From contig OZ316896.1 in assembly GCA_973895155.1 (NCBI GenBank), positions 7,114,580 through 7,178,579 of the forward strand: 64,000 nt of DNA. Reading direction: 5' to 3'. The first letter of the stretch is position 1; every line of letters starts with the position of its first letter. The position numbers and the translations under genes were made by a program. Origin of the DNA: Marsupella aquatica. Its lineage: Eukaryota; Plantae; Marchantiophyta. This document shows, piece by piece, positions 1 to 10,811 of the stretch. Below the pieces are notes generated by a model. It made no database searches, was not told where the DNA came from, and worked only from the letters and a program-made list of their open reading frames with translations.

Positions 1-1236
1 GTCAAGAAGTTCCACGAGGAGATGGAGCGGAGAAGGAAGATTTGTACCTTGGTGGGAGGGCGTACTTCGCTAGCCACGTCGAAATCATCCTCGAGTGGTA
101 CACTCGTTTTGACCGCTGGAGTCTCCCGCGTCTCAATGAGCCCAAGCTGACCCCGCCAAAATGGGTGTTCCCAGCCCCTGGCGACCGCAGCCCGAGGCCC
201 AAAGTCTGGCAGTTGCAAGTCCTGCTATCCCGGCCCCGCAACCCGCCGCTGCCGCCCCGCCAGGCATACCCATTGACGTTATTGCGACCTTAGACGCGAT
301 CAATCGGGACAATGCCATCGAAGCCGGGCCGGATGAAGCCGTACCCGAAGAAGATACCACGGTGGCCGGGGAGACTCCGTCACCCCCCGCAATGGTGCAG
401 GAGAACCACCCACCTCCAGTGGAACCCGCCCCTTCGACCGACTTACCTCAAGGGCTGGATGTGTCCACTCCTACTCCCGCACGGGTTGGAGTATGCCCGT
501 GCCCAAATCCAGAGGGACACAGTCTAGACCATCCGGAACTCTTTGCGTCGGGCACTTTTTTGAACAGGTTGTTGGGAGATTTCTTGCAACAGATCTCTCG
601 GGACACCGGGGAATACATGGCCCAGAGGGTGGCCTACTTCTTCAACCAGGAGTTGGTTGCGGCAGTAAGGGCAGGACATGCGCAGGCAGAGACCGCACAG
701 AGAATAGAGCGATATCGGGTTGACTCTGCCTACCTGAAGGACAAAGTGGCAACCCTGGAGGCTGAACTCCAGCAACTACGGCCTCAGGTAACGGCCACGG
801 AGGACCAGGTCGCCGAGGCTAGAGCCCAAGCAGCGTTGGCAGTACAGGCCGGGATTGGAAAGGACGCCAAGATTGCGCGGCTCCAAACCAAGATTGACGG
901 TGTGTAGGGGCAAGCCGTCAGTTGGCAAAAGGATTTGGAGGAAGCTGACTCCAGGTCTCAGCGGGAATAGCCGAGATTGACGCCCTGAAGGCAGAGGTGG
1001 CACGGCTTCAAGGAGAAGCCACTATACAGGCCCAGTTGGTGGACAAGCTGACGAGCGACACCCAGCAACTGGAGGAGGCATGCCAGGAAGCCGCGGAAGA
1101 GGCAGACACGGCAAAGCGGGAAAACGAATCTCTGCTGGACCAGGTCCAGCTACTCAAGCAGGACGCCGACAGGCTCAGAAGGCAGCGGGATAGCCGCTCC
1201 CACTCAGGCGGCTCTGGCAAGCGTGCCAGACATTAG
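1..1236 (+). pseudogene. Family A intra-LTR ORF, C-terminal part (Pro-rich linker + coiled coil), disrupted
   Basis: ORFs 42-293, 161-907 and 997-1236. LGGRAYFASHVEIILEWY matches IGGKAYFASHINIVLKWY (36241-36717) and IGGKTYLGSHIAIILAWY (53660). The motif CPCPNPEGHSLDHPELF is shared with 35752-36228. Confidence 0.75.
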
Positions 1237-2108
1237 TGGCAGAGTAGGATTAGAGTAGAGTTAGGAATAGCTCAATTAAGCTATAGGGACAAGCACCTGC
1301 CCTGGTTAGGGCAGCACTGCCATGTTGTACAACCTGCGTAGATTAGGATCTTCTAATAAGACAAGCCGTTTTCCGGCCTGACAGCCAGCTTAGTTAGGAC
1401 CTTAGTTAGCAAATCTTCGGGCGTGAGGGCACTCCGTTCCTCAGCCCTTAGTATTTAGTGCGCCCCTCGGTAGAAGCAAGGGGGGGTTTTTAGGCTCAGT
1501 GTGGGGCATCCGCGGTATGTGCAGGGAGTCCCGACCTCTGGGAGTGAAAGAGTACCGAGGGGAGGGTGTGGGACTAAGCTCGCTGGGCGAGTGCGGAGCC
1601 GGGCTCTGTTGTAGTGTACACCCTCGGCCTTGGACCTGTTCATTCCGGAGCTTTCGGGTCAACTAAGTGTACGCATATGTCTCCTTTGTAGTAAAATCCT
1701 TCCCCATTATTTCCTTCGTGTAAATCGAGATTGTATGCTTGCACGTATGTGTATGTGTGAATCTCGTGTATAGGTGCCAACGCTTGGCCGAACGCACTAC
1801 CCAAGTCGGGCACGGGGTGCAGCTTGCGGGTAGTGGTTGCGAGCCCGGGTTGAGTACCCATATCATCGAATCCGGATCAAAGGCGGACGACACGAAGGCT
1901 TAGAGGCTAAGCCGGGGTCGATCCTGCTATCGACTGAGGAACACAAACCATACCTAGGAGGTGTCTGTATGTGACAATAGGCGCACTTAGCGCTAGTTTA
2001 CGTGAGTTAGGTGCATTCCATGTATCCCTCCCTGCCCGAACCCTCATTTTGACGAAGGATGTGCCTATCTAAGCCGAAGCCCGGGTTAAGGCCTAGGTTG
2101 ACGTGACA
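1..2108 (+). mobile_element. Right part of an ORF-containing LTR-like unit (family A, copy 1), ending ...ACGTGACA
   Basis: Colinear homology with the reverse complement of 34288-36430 through both coding and non-coding parts. Both copies stop at the same point (GACGTGACA at 2108; TATCACGTC at 34288). Gypsy integrase sequence begins immediately after 2108. Confidence 0.7.
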
Positions 2109-2775
2109 CTCTCCATGCATGGAACTCAGTTCCTTGATTAGTCAACACCTCAGCTAGTGCTCCAAAATGACTGAGTACACAATCCAAAAATGTGGCAGCA
2201 ACTCCTCCACTAGCTTTATCTAGCAATGCCACTAGCTCAATCCACTTGGAGAAATGCTCAACCATAACCAAAACATAACGGTTATGTCGTTGGGTGAGAG
2301 ACAATGGACCAACAAAGTCCAAACTCCATCTATACCCCAAACCCATGATCGGCAATGGATGCAACTGGGGAGTGGGAGCATTAAATGATGCCCTCACTCG
2401 ATCACATACCACACACTTAGCTATCAGTTGCTGGACATGAGTGTGCATACCACGTCACCAATACTGTGTCTGCAGCAAATTGTAAGTGCGTTTCACACCA
2501 AAGTGACCCAACTCCTCGTGCGCATGTTGCACCAAATGTACTTGTTGTGATGATTTTGGTACCACCAATACCTTACCATCACGTAGTACTCTCAAAAGAT
2601 GGTTTCCTTCCCATCAAAACCTCTTGGCTCTTTGCAGAACCCTGTCACCAATAGAACCAGTGCGCAAGTATTCCAACACTCTCTCATCATTGTGAATATC
2701 CCGCTGTCCAATCACAACCTCACCAACATCCATATATATAGACTCATAATCTACTAGACAGATCCATTGCATGCT
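2109..2775 (-). pseudogene. Ty3/Gypsy integrase fragment
   Basis: CVVCDRVR..LHPLPIMGLGYRWSLDFVGPL..RYVLVMVEHFSKWIELVAL..VLTNQGTEF is the end of the zinc finger plus the DDE core. The upstream segment is frameshifted. Confidence 0.85.
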
Positions 2776-2784
2776 GGAACCCAA

Positions 2785-2808
2785 CCCTAAACCCTAAACC
2801 CTAAACCC
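2785..2808 (-). repeat. Interstitial plant telomeric repeat (TTTAGGG)3+
   Basis: CCCTAAA x3 + CCC, exactly at the junction between the integrase fragment and the LINE fragment. Confidence 0.85.
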
Positions 2809-2809
2809 A

Positions 2810-3600
2810 TCTTTAGCTCCGTCACCTCCTTGCTGAGTGTGGTAATCTCAATTGCGGAGTTTTCAGCCACAACTAAGATTTTCTCAAGCAAAGCCTTGAG
2901 ATGGGCAATCTCCTCCGTTGCCATCACAAAGCTTTTCCAGTGATACACTCTCGCTGTTTCCAATGCTCTGGCAAAGTCTGAGCTTAAACCGCAGCCAATT
3001 TCCCTTCCAACTCGAAGTGAAATTTCGCCCCAAGCTCAGAATTGCGAAACTGGAGACGTAACAGATCGTGCATGCTAAAGTGCATATCAAACGATGTCGG
3101 TTGCAGCTCTAACTTTGCCAGTGATACATTCTTGCTGTTTCCAATGCTCTGGCAAAATCTGAGCTCAAACTGCAGCCGATTGCCCTTCCAACTCGAAGTG
3201 AAATTTCGCCCCGAGCTCAGAATCGCGAAACTGGAGACGTAACAGATCGTGCATGCTAAAGTGCATACCAAACGATGTCAGTTGCAGCTCTAACTTTGCC
3301 AGTGATACATTCTCGCTGTTTCCAATGCTCTGGCAAAGTCTGAGCTTAAACTGCAGCCGATTGCCTTTTCAACTCGAAGTGAAATTTCGCCCCGAGCTCA
3401 GAATCGCAAAACTGGAGACGTAACAGATCGCACATGCTAAAGTGCATACCAAACGATGTCGGTTGCAGCTCTAACTTTGCCAGTGATACATTCTCGCTGT
3501 TTCCAATGCTCTGGCAAAGTCTGAGCTTAAACCGCAGCCGATTGCCCTTCCAACTCGAAGTGAAATTTCGCCCCGAGCTCAGAATCGCGAAACTGGAGAC
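2810..3600 (-). mobile_element. 5' fragment of the RTEX-like LINE (about 3.7 monomers + start of ORF1), lacking the 78-nt intron, 3'-truncated
   Basis: Its reverse complement aligns to about 5977-6838 but lacks 6639-6716. Confidence 0.9.
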
Positions 3601-3779
3601 GTCTGTAGTTTCTGAAGTTGGTCCACCATATCTGATCAATCCTGACCTCATGGAGAGTATCATATAGGCTAAGCTTCTCCATCTGCAAAACTGAAGCACC
3701 TCATTCTCAAAATCAAGAATTCAACAGTTTGAATCAAACAAACTAACCAAAGACTCTTGCACTTTCTCACTCCACAGAC

Positions 3780-4060
3780 TTTTGCAAGGATTTCCCAAGG
3801 ACTTCAAGTCCTTCCTCACTCCAAGTCCTTGGTAAATCCTTAGAGTCCTTACCAAAGGACTTAGCCAAGGACTCAGTGTTCTTGTCGACGGACTAATTGT
3901 CCTTGCCCAAGGACTTCTGTCCTTTCCCAAGGACTCCGGTCATTTCCCAAGGATTGTGTGTCCTTGCCCAAGGACTCCGTGTTCTTTCCCAAGGACTCTG
4001 CCCAAGGACTCCAAGTCCTAGACATGGCCGAAGGACTCCCAGTCCTTGCCCCACGTCTCC
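3780..4060 (+). repeat. Cluster of short CCAAGGACT / GTCCTT motifs in a degraded repeat fragment
   Basis: Roughly ten CCAAGGA(C/T)T-like units within 280 bp. The segment may end at ...GTGTGACA near 4174. Confidence 0.45.
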
Positions 4061-4374
4061 AATAAGTACTTCAAGTGCTTATGAAGGACTTCAAGTGCTC
4101 AAGCGAGAACTGAAACTCCTTAAGAAGGACTTGAACTTCTTGGCCCTTGTTGTCCGAGTCCTGCTAGTGTGACAAACCATAATGACAACCAAAGGCAAAC
4201 AAATAAAGGACAAAATAACATCACAAGGTAGGAAACCCATAGTTACCTGCTTGATCTCTACAACTAGTTCACAGTAGTGGCTCTTGTTTTCCGCCCTGAT
4301 TTAGTTTGCTGCACATAAAACAATTTTCTATATTATTCAGTTTACAGCACCCAAAGAAAAACATTCTTCCTTTG

Positions 4375-5800
4375 CTACGGGTCTCTCACAAGAAGTTGCA
4401 ATCTTTTCCTGGAGTTTGATGACTTGGGAGGAACAACTTGGGATTGGGTTGCACTCCTGGACTGTGGAGGAGATGTTTCTCCTGCTTCAGTTTGAACGAG
4501 GCTCAACAGTTGCCTGAATGAAACATGAGAGAGAGACTCACTGGGAGTGAAGGGCAAGGTGCCAAGCTCAAGAGGTGTTAATGGGGTACTGGTCACCTTG
4601 CTAGCTACTTCACTCTCCTGCTTCTGTTTCTTCCTCACATGCAGTCCGATGGCTGCTGTGGAATTGAACACTGGCATTTTAGGAGACTCATCCTCAGGGG
4701 CACCCTGTTCATGCACCACACTAGTGTGGTCCACATTGTTCAACAACACAGTTGCTTGGACCTCGGCTTGTTCCTGCACACACAATGACAACATTCACTT
4801 AATGGCCCAACTAAAAAGTAACTCAAACTGTCCAACTACCTAAACATGACCTGCAGGCCTAGTCTGGTTATACACATACCACTGCTTGCGTGGACTGCAT
4901 CTGTTGCAAAAGGTGACGACGTGTGCCCAATTGGACACTGTTAGCCCCATATGTTGCCTTCATCTCCTAAATATAGGAGCCTTCACCTGACGGCAGCTTG
5001 TCTACCGCTCTCTTTGGAAGACCCCAACTTCGAATCCAATCTTCACAAAAGGGTTCCCCACAAGCAAAGCAACAGCTTGTCCTTGTTTTATCCCCCAACA
5101 AGGTAAATAAACAATGCGGATGATAGGCGTGGCCACAACTTGTTGGAACCCAATTGAAACAATGATACCCGTGGCAACAAACTGGACAATTACTCACGAA
5201 CACTTCAGTTCCCACTATCACAATTGATGTGGGAACAAATCAAGGCTGCAATGTTGGACATGGATTGGATACCACAGGCTCCAAAATGGCCAATTCAGCC
5301 TTTTGAGCTGCTGCAGCCAACTCCAAACGCTTCACATGTCCTTCCAACTGTGATTCCACAACTTTCAAACGAGCCACCTTGTATGGTAACTGTTCAAAGC
5401 GCTTCTTCCTGGTCTCAATGAGCTTCTCAAATGTAGCCATCCCCTTTACGATAAATGACTCAGATTCCTTCAAAGCCTCCATGGCCCTGTTACCCTCCTC
5501 CAACTTCTGTTGCAGGATAACAACTTAGCTTTCCTGCCCACCCCAAAAAAGATATGCACACGACAACATTATTTGCAGCTCATCGTCAATGCATCAATGC
5601 CTCGTCCTGCTAAATTGAATCCAACATCTCAACTAAACATATATATCCAGCCTACAGATAGTTTGATGGACACAGGGACAGGTATATATATGGTCTGACA
5701 TTGTACCTCCTCATCTTGCTCTCCCTTGAGCTCCTCAAGCTCTATTTCCATTGACATGTCATCATACAAGGTGTCTGTGGCCTTCACTTTGATTCTCACA
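4375..5800 (-). pseudogene. Degenerate multi-exon gene with coiled coil + RING-H2 finger; probably continues right of the LINE (10812 to about 11900)
   Basis: CPVC..(TS)CGHAYHPHCL..CFAC has C3H2C3 spacing (4967-5221), and 5240-5503 is a coiled-coil ORF. Joining 10812 to 5800 reads in frame as TKMSFSVRIKVKATD. Confidence 0.6.
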
Positions 5801-5961
5801 TGGTAATGGTAATGGTAATGTATTATAAGCTCCGGGACCATGAAAGTCAAAGGAGCTGCCACAAAAAGTAAAGTACAATGCAATCAAAGAAAAGAGCAAC
5901 CAAAAGAGATTGCTCAGAAGAGGACAACTATGTCCTCAAAGAAACTATGGACCTAGAGAGC
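5801..5961 (-). mobile_element. Short 3'-end copy of the LINE with (TTACCA)n tail, inverted
   Basis: Reverse complement of about 10645-10805, starting TGGTAATGGTAATGGTAATGTATTATAAGCTCCGGGACC. Confidence 0.9.
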
Positions 5962-5976
5962 CCTCCACATTTGCAA

Positions 5977-6655
5977 GTTTCGCGATTCTGAGCTCGGGGC
6001 AAAATTTCACTTCGAGTTGGAAGGGCAATCGGCTGCGGTTTAAGCTCAGATTTTGCCAGAGCATTGGAAACAGCAAGAATGTATCACTGGCAAAGTTAGA
6101 GCTACAACCGACATCGTTTGGAATGCTCTTTAGCATGCGCGATCTGCTACGTCTCCAGTTTCGCGATTCTGAGCTCGGGGCAAAATTTCACTTCGAGTTG
6201 GAAGGGCAATCGGCTGCGGTTTGAGCTTAGATTTTGCCAGAGCATTGGAAACAGCAAGAATGTATCACTGACAAAGTTAGAGCTGCAACCGACATCGTTT
6301 GATATGCACTTTAGCATGCACGATCTGTTACGTCTCCAGTTTCGCAATTCTGAGCTTGGGGCGAAATTTCACTTCGAGTTGGAAGGGAAATCGGCTGCGG
6401 TTTAAGCTCAGACTTTGCTAGAGCATTGGAAACAGCGAGAATGTATCACTGGCAAAGTTAGAGCTGCAACCGACATCGTTTGGTATGCACTTTAGCATGC
6501 ACGATCTGCTACGTGTCCAGTTTTGGGATTTTGAGCTTGGGGCAAAATTTCACTTCGAGTTGGAAGGGCAATCGGCTGCGGTTTGAGCTCAGACTTTGCC
6601 AGAGTGTTGCAAACAGTGAGAGTGTATCACTGGCAAAGGTAGAGCTGCAATTGAC
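5977..6655 (+). repeat. 181-bp tandem monomers (about 3.7 units) forming the LINE 5' UTR
   Basis: A CGCGATTCTGAGC-type anchor recurs at 5981, 6162, 6343 and 6524. Confidence 0.9.
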
Positions 6656-6716
6656 ATCCTCTACTGCTCCCAATTTCTATTTGTCGTCTAAGAGTACATT
6701 CTAACAACAGTTTCAG
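6639..6716 (+). other. 78-nt spliceosomal intron in the LINE 5' UTR
   Basis: AAG|GTAGAG ... CTAAC (6701) ... TTTCAG|CTTTG, precisely absent from the copy at 2810-3600. Confidence 0.75.
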
Positions 6717-6723
6717 CTTTGTG

Positions 6724-7494
6724 ATGGCAACGGAGGAGATTGCCCATCTCAAAGCTTTGCTTGAGAAAATCTTAGTTGTGGTTGAAAACTCCGCAATTGA
6801 GATTACCACACTCAGCAAGGAGGTGACGAAGCTAAAGAATGAGAATGTCAAGCAAAAGAGGTTGATTAGTGATCTTCGATCTCAAACTCAGGAGAATGGT
6901 AAGCAACTCTCATTGCTTGCATCGTGTTTTGGAGACATGGAGAAGAGTATGTGCCCAGAGAAATCAGTGATACATGAGGCTGTAGGGGAGATTGAGGAGA
7001 AGCTCAAAACCTTTGCACAGGCTGCAAAACAATCACATATGGAATTTGTCCAAGCCAAGGAGGAGGAGAGGAGAGCACTAGAGGAAGAACACAAGAACCA
7101 GCATGCAAGAGTCAGCAACTGCAAAATATCAGGCCTTGTTGAGGAGGAGAAGGAAGACACCAAGAAGGTAGCAATTTCATTCTTCCAATCTCAGATGAAA
7201 GTGCATGACCCTATCATTTTGCAAGCATATAGGATTGGGCAAAAGAAGGGGGACCTTCCACGTCCAATCTTGGTGAAGTTTGCAGCTGAATCCGAGAAAG
7301 CTAGAGTGATGGCTAACAGGAGCATGCTTAAAGGGCTAAGGATTTGGTTGGATGATGATCTGACTCCCACACAAGTCCAAGCAAGGAAAATTGAGCTTGA
7401 GAAGGTGAGGGTAGCCAAAGACCAAGGATTGGTAGCCTACTTGCGCAATGGACAAGCTGTTGTTACCAATAAGAAGAGAGTTGTTTCTAAATGA
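6724..7494 (+). CDS. LINE ORF1 (coiled coil + RRM-like/CTD nucleic-acid chaperone)
   Basis: Intact 256-codon ORF with a coiled-coil N-half, then NCKISGL, AYRIG, PRPILVKF and IWLDDDLT motifs typical of LINE ORF1. Confidence 0.85.
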   Translation: MATEEIAHLKALLEKILVVVENSAIEITTLSKEVTKLKNENVKQKRLISDLRSQTQENGKQLSLLASCFGDMEKSMCPEKSVIHEAVGEIEEKLKTFAQAAKQSHMEFVQAKEEERRALEEEHKNQHARVSNCKISGLVEEEKEDTKKVAISFFQSQMKVHDPIILQAYRIGQKKGDLPRPILVKFAAESEKARVMANRSMLKGLRIWLDDDLTPTQVQARKIELEKVRVAKDQGLVAYLRNGQAVVTNKKRVVSK

Positions 7495-7506
7495 TGGATC
7501 GGGACC

Positions 7507-10500
7507 TTGAGAGTCATGGCATGGAATGTTTCAGGACTTTCCATAGAAACAGCAATTGGAGGGGAACCTTTGTTTGAGAATTTTGACATCTTGCTTTTCA
7601 CGGAGACTTGGGAATATGAGGGAAATGCTCTACCTAGCATTAAAGGCTTTACTTGCATACAATCCATCTTCAATGAGAAGAAGACCACACGGGGAAGAGG
7701 GTTTGGAGGCATTGCTGTCTACACCAAGAATCAACTTCAACACATCACCTCTATTGAGCATGAAGATCCCAGCAAGCAGTTCATGGTGGTGAGACTTCAT
7801 ACCAGAGGTACTCCATCATTTCTGATTGTCACCTACTTTGCTCCCCTTAATATGAATGTCTATAAGATGGGAATTGCTGATGCACATTATCCATTTCATA
7901 GGTTAATCCAAGTCATTCATGATATATCACCACTAGGGGAGACATGGATAGTGGGGGACTTTAATGCCAGGGTATCTAATGAACAATTTATTGAAAGTGA
8001 GGACTTAGGAACTTTACCTTGGTCATCATGTAGTGAAGAGCTACCTTGGGTGAGAGAGGCTCTTGACACCAGAACAAATGACATGACACGTCACTTTTTG
8101 CATTTGGGAGCTTCTTGTAATCTAAGAATATTGAATGGGCTTGAGAGATTTCCCCAATCATCTGGTTACACTTTTAGATCTAAACAAGGATGTAGTACCA
8201 TTGATTACCTTCTTGCCACACCTACCTCTGCCACTAGAGTGGTTGACTTTCAAATACTTGATCAACAACCAGAGTCTTCACACTTGCCTTTGTTGTTCCA
8301 TCTTGACCTGACCACAATCCCAAACAAAGTGCATAGAAAGCCAGTACCCAAACCTCTGTTTCTAGACCCTGATAGAGAAGTCATCTTCAAAGCCAACTTT
8401 GAACATCTTCTCCATACCCTGGATGATCAGATTGAGCTCTCAGAAGTCATAGTACAAGCAGCAGCCTCTACTTTCTCCACCAAACCCCCTAGAAAGCAAA
8501 ACATGAAGGCTTGGTTTGACGAGGATTGTGCTAGAGCAAGGATGCAAGCAAGATCACATTCAGGGGAAAAGAGACTTTTGGCATTCACTATGTACAAGAA
8601 CTTCATCAAACACAAGAAGAGGTGCTTCTTGAAGAGTCATCAACAATCACTATGTGAGGAGAATGCAATCAGGCAAGACTACTCCCCCCTTGGATCACCA
8701 GGACCTGGTAACCTATGTCACATCCTTGTATTTCTTTCCAGATGCTAGTGGCATGCCTTTGCCCCTTGGGGACACCATTCAGTTTATAGAGAGGGAGGTG
8801 AAGGTGCATCTTTCCCACATGCAACATGGGAAAGCTAAAGATCTATTGGGCCTGAACTTGGAGCTTCTTTTGTGGGGAGGACCCTCTTTATTAACAAACT
8901 TGGTGCATGAGCTGAATCAAGCAATGGCTTTAGGTTTACCTAAAGCTTGGATGACCAGAAGAGTGGTGCCTATCTTCAAGGCAGGCAACAAGGACGATGT
9001 GTACAACTACAGAACCATCATGGTAGGCAATACTTTTGCTAAAGTTTTGGGAGGACTACTTGAAGCCAGATTAAGCTCTTGGTTGGAGAGTGAGATGAAA
9101 AGGGCACCTTCACAAGCAGGTTTTAGGAGAGAATTCAGCACTATGGATCACATTCTCTGCTTGAGGGTGTTGTGTGAAAAGGCCAAATCTCCACATAAAC
9201 CATTATTTTGCTTGTTTGTGGACTTCTCCAAGGCCTTTGACAAAGTTTCCCGATCCAAGCTTTGGGATAGGATGGTGGAGTTGGAAGTGCCTGAAGAGCT
9301 CAGGTTGGCTGTTTCTAAATTGTACCAAGAAGTGCGCATCAAACTTTCAAAGGAAACCTCTGAAGAAATCTGGAGCACTCTTGGGGTGATCCAAGGTTGT
9401 CCTCTCTCACCAACTCTATTTGGCATCTTCATTGATCAGCTACACAACATTTTGGAGGAGCATGGTGGAGTTGGCACTCAATTGGGTAGGTTTGTCCTCC
9501 AACTTCTTATATTTGCAGATGATGTGGTCCTACTTGCTCATGCTCAAGAAGCTTTGCAAAGACATCTCAATGCCTTGGAGGAGTTTTGTCAAGCAACAGG
9601 GATGGTAGTCAACCTCAAGAAGACCAAGTGTTTGGGCATTGGCACACGACAAAATCCAGAGCTCTACTTCCAAGGGAATCTGGTGGAATTTGTGAGGACC
9701 TACAAATACCTTGGGGTGGAGTTCTCTCAAAACTTGAGTTGGGCCTCATGTGTAAAATCTAGGGCTGCCAATGGGTACAGAGCTTTTTATGCATTCATGA
9801 ACAAATGCAAAAGAGCTGGTCTACACACTTGGAGGTTAAGGAAACATCTCTTTGGAGCTTTGGTGAAACCAGTCATTCTTTATGGAGCACCAATTTGGGG
9901 AGCAGGTGGGTCTAAATCTGGGTGGCAACAGATTGAGGGGCTGCAAAAGCTATTTCTTGAGATGGAGTTTGGGATCAAGTCACAAACCCCATATACACTT
10001 ACACTTGCAGAGGCAGGCTTGTTTCCTTTGGAGGTGGAGGCACTCTTCCACACACTCAAATACATCATGCGTGTAAGAGAGTTGGAGGAAAACAGATTTC
10101 CTTTTCATGCCTTGCGCTCATCTTCAGCTAAAGGGTGGTATGCAGATGTGTGCAGGTGGGCCCATGCTTGGGATTTTCCTGAACATGAATGGCCAACACA
10201 CCCAACCAAGCTAAGAGCAAAACTTGAGCAAAAGGCTTTGCACAAACTTTGGCATGAACCTAGCCCACGGCAGCAATACTACATGAGAGATGTGAACCCC
10301 ATGAAGAAATATCGAGAACAAGAATACTTATCTAGCACTATCTCAGTACAACTTAGACAACTTATTGCTCAGTATAGACTAAGCTCACACCACCTTGAAG
10401 TAGAACAAGGGAGATGGAAGGATATTGACAGGAAAAAGAGGATTTGTCAACTATGTGATAGCTCTAGTATAGAGAATGAATATCATGTATTCATTGCTTG

Positions 10501-10678
10501 CAAGTTTTATGAGAGGGTTAGGATGACATCTCAAATCTTGGTGAAAGATTTGTATGCATTGTTTGGTCTGCCCCCTCAGCAACTTGGAAGATATATCTTT
10601 GCGGTGGATAGGGAAAGGAGAATAGGTTTGGAAAATCTTTCAGGCCTCTCTAGGTCCATAGTTTCTTTGAGGACATAG
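7507..10678 (+). pseudogene. LINE ORF2: APE endonuclease + reverse transcriptase + CCHC, one frameshift near 8655
   Basis: EN motifs: AWNVSG, LFTETW, VGDFNAR, STIDY, SSHLPL. RT motifs: YRTI, QAGFR, FVDFSKAFD, QGCPLSP, FADD, YKYLG. Confidence 0.92.
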
Positions 10679-10785
10679 TTGTCCTCTTCTGAGCAATCTC
10701 TTTTGGTTGCTCTTTTCTTTGATTGCATTGTACTTTACTTTTTGTGGCAGCTCCTTTGACTTTCATGGTCCCGGAGCTTATAATA

Positions 10786-10811
10786 CATTACCATTACCAT
10801 TACCATTACCA
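10786..10811 (+). repeat. (CATTAC/TTACCA)n LINE 3' tail
   Basis: CATTACCATTACCATTACCATTACCA; the same tail occurs at 16133-16152 and inverted at 5801-5820. Confidence 0.9.

Larger units (their letters stand above)
5977..10811 (+). mobile_element. Near full-length non-LTR retrotransposon (RTEX-like LINE)
   Basis: 5' monomer array, ORF1, ORF2 (APE endonuclease, RT, C-terminal CCHC), short 3' UTR and microsatellite tail. No TSD seen. The clade call rests on the C-terminal RLSSHHLEVEQGRW..CQLC..ENEYHVFIAC motif. Confidence 0.9.

Noticed and set aside
2930-6655. 181-bp repeats as a CRISPR array or protein-coding repeats (many 60-120 aa ORFs)
   Set aside because: The units are contiguous with no unique spacers and no cas genes; the ORFs are incidental translations of LINE 5' monomers.
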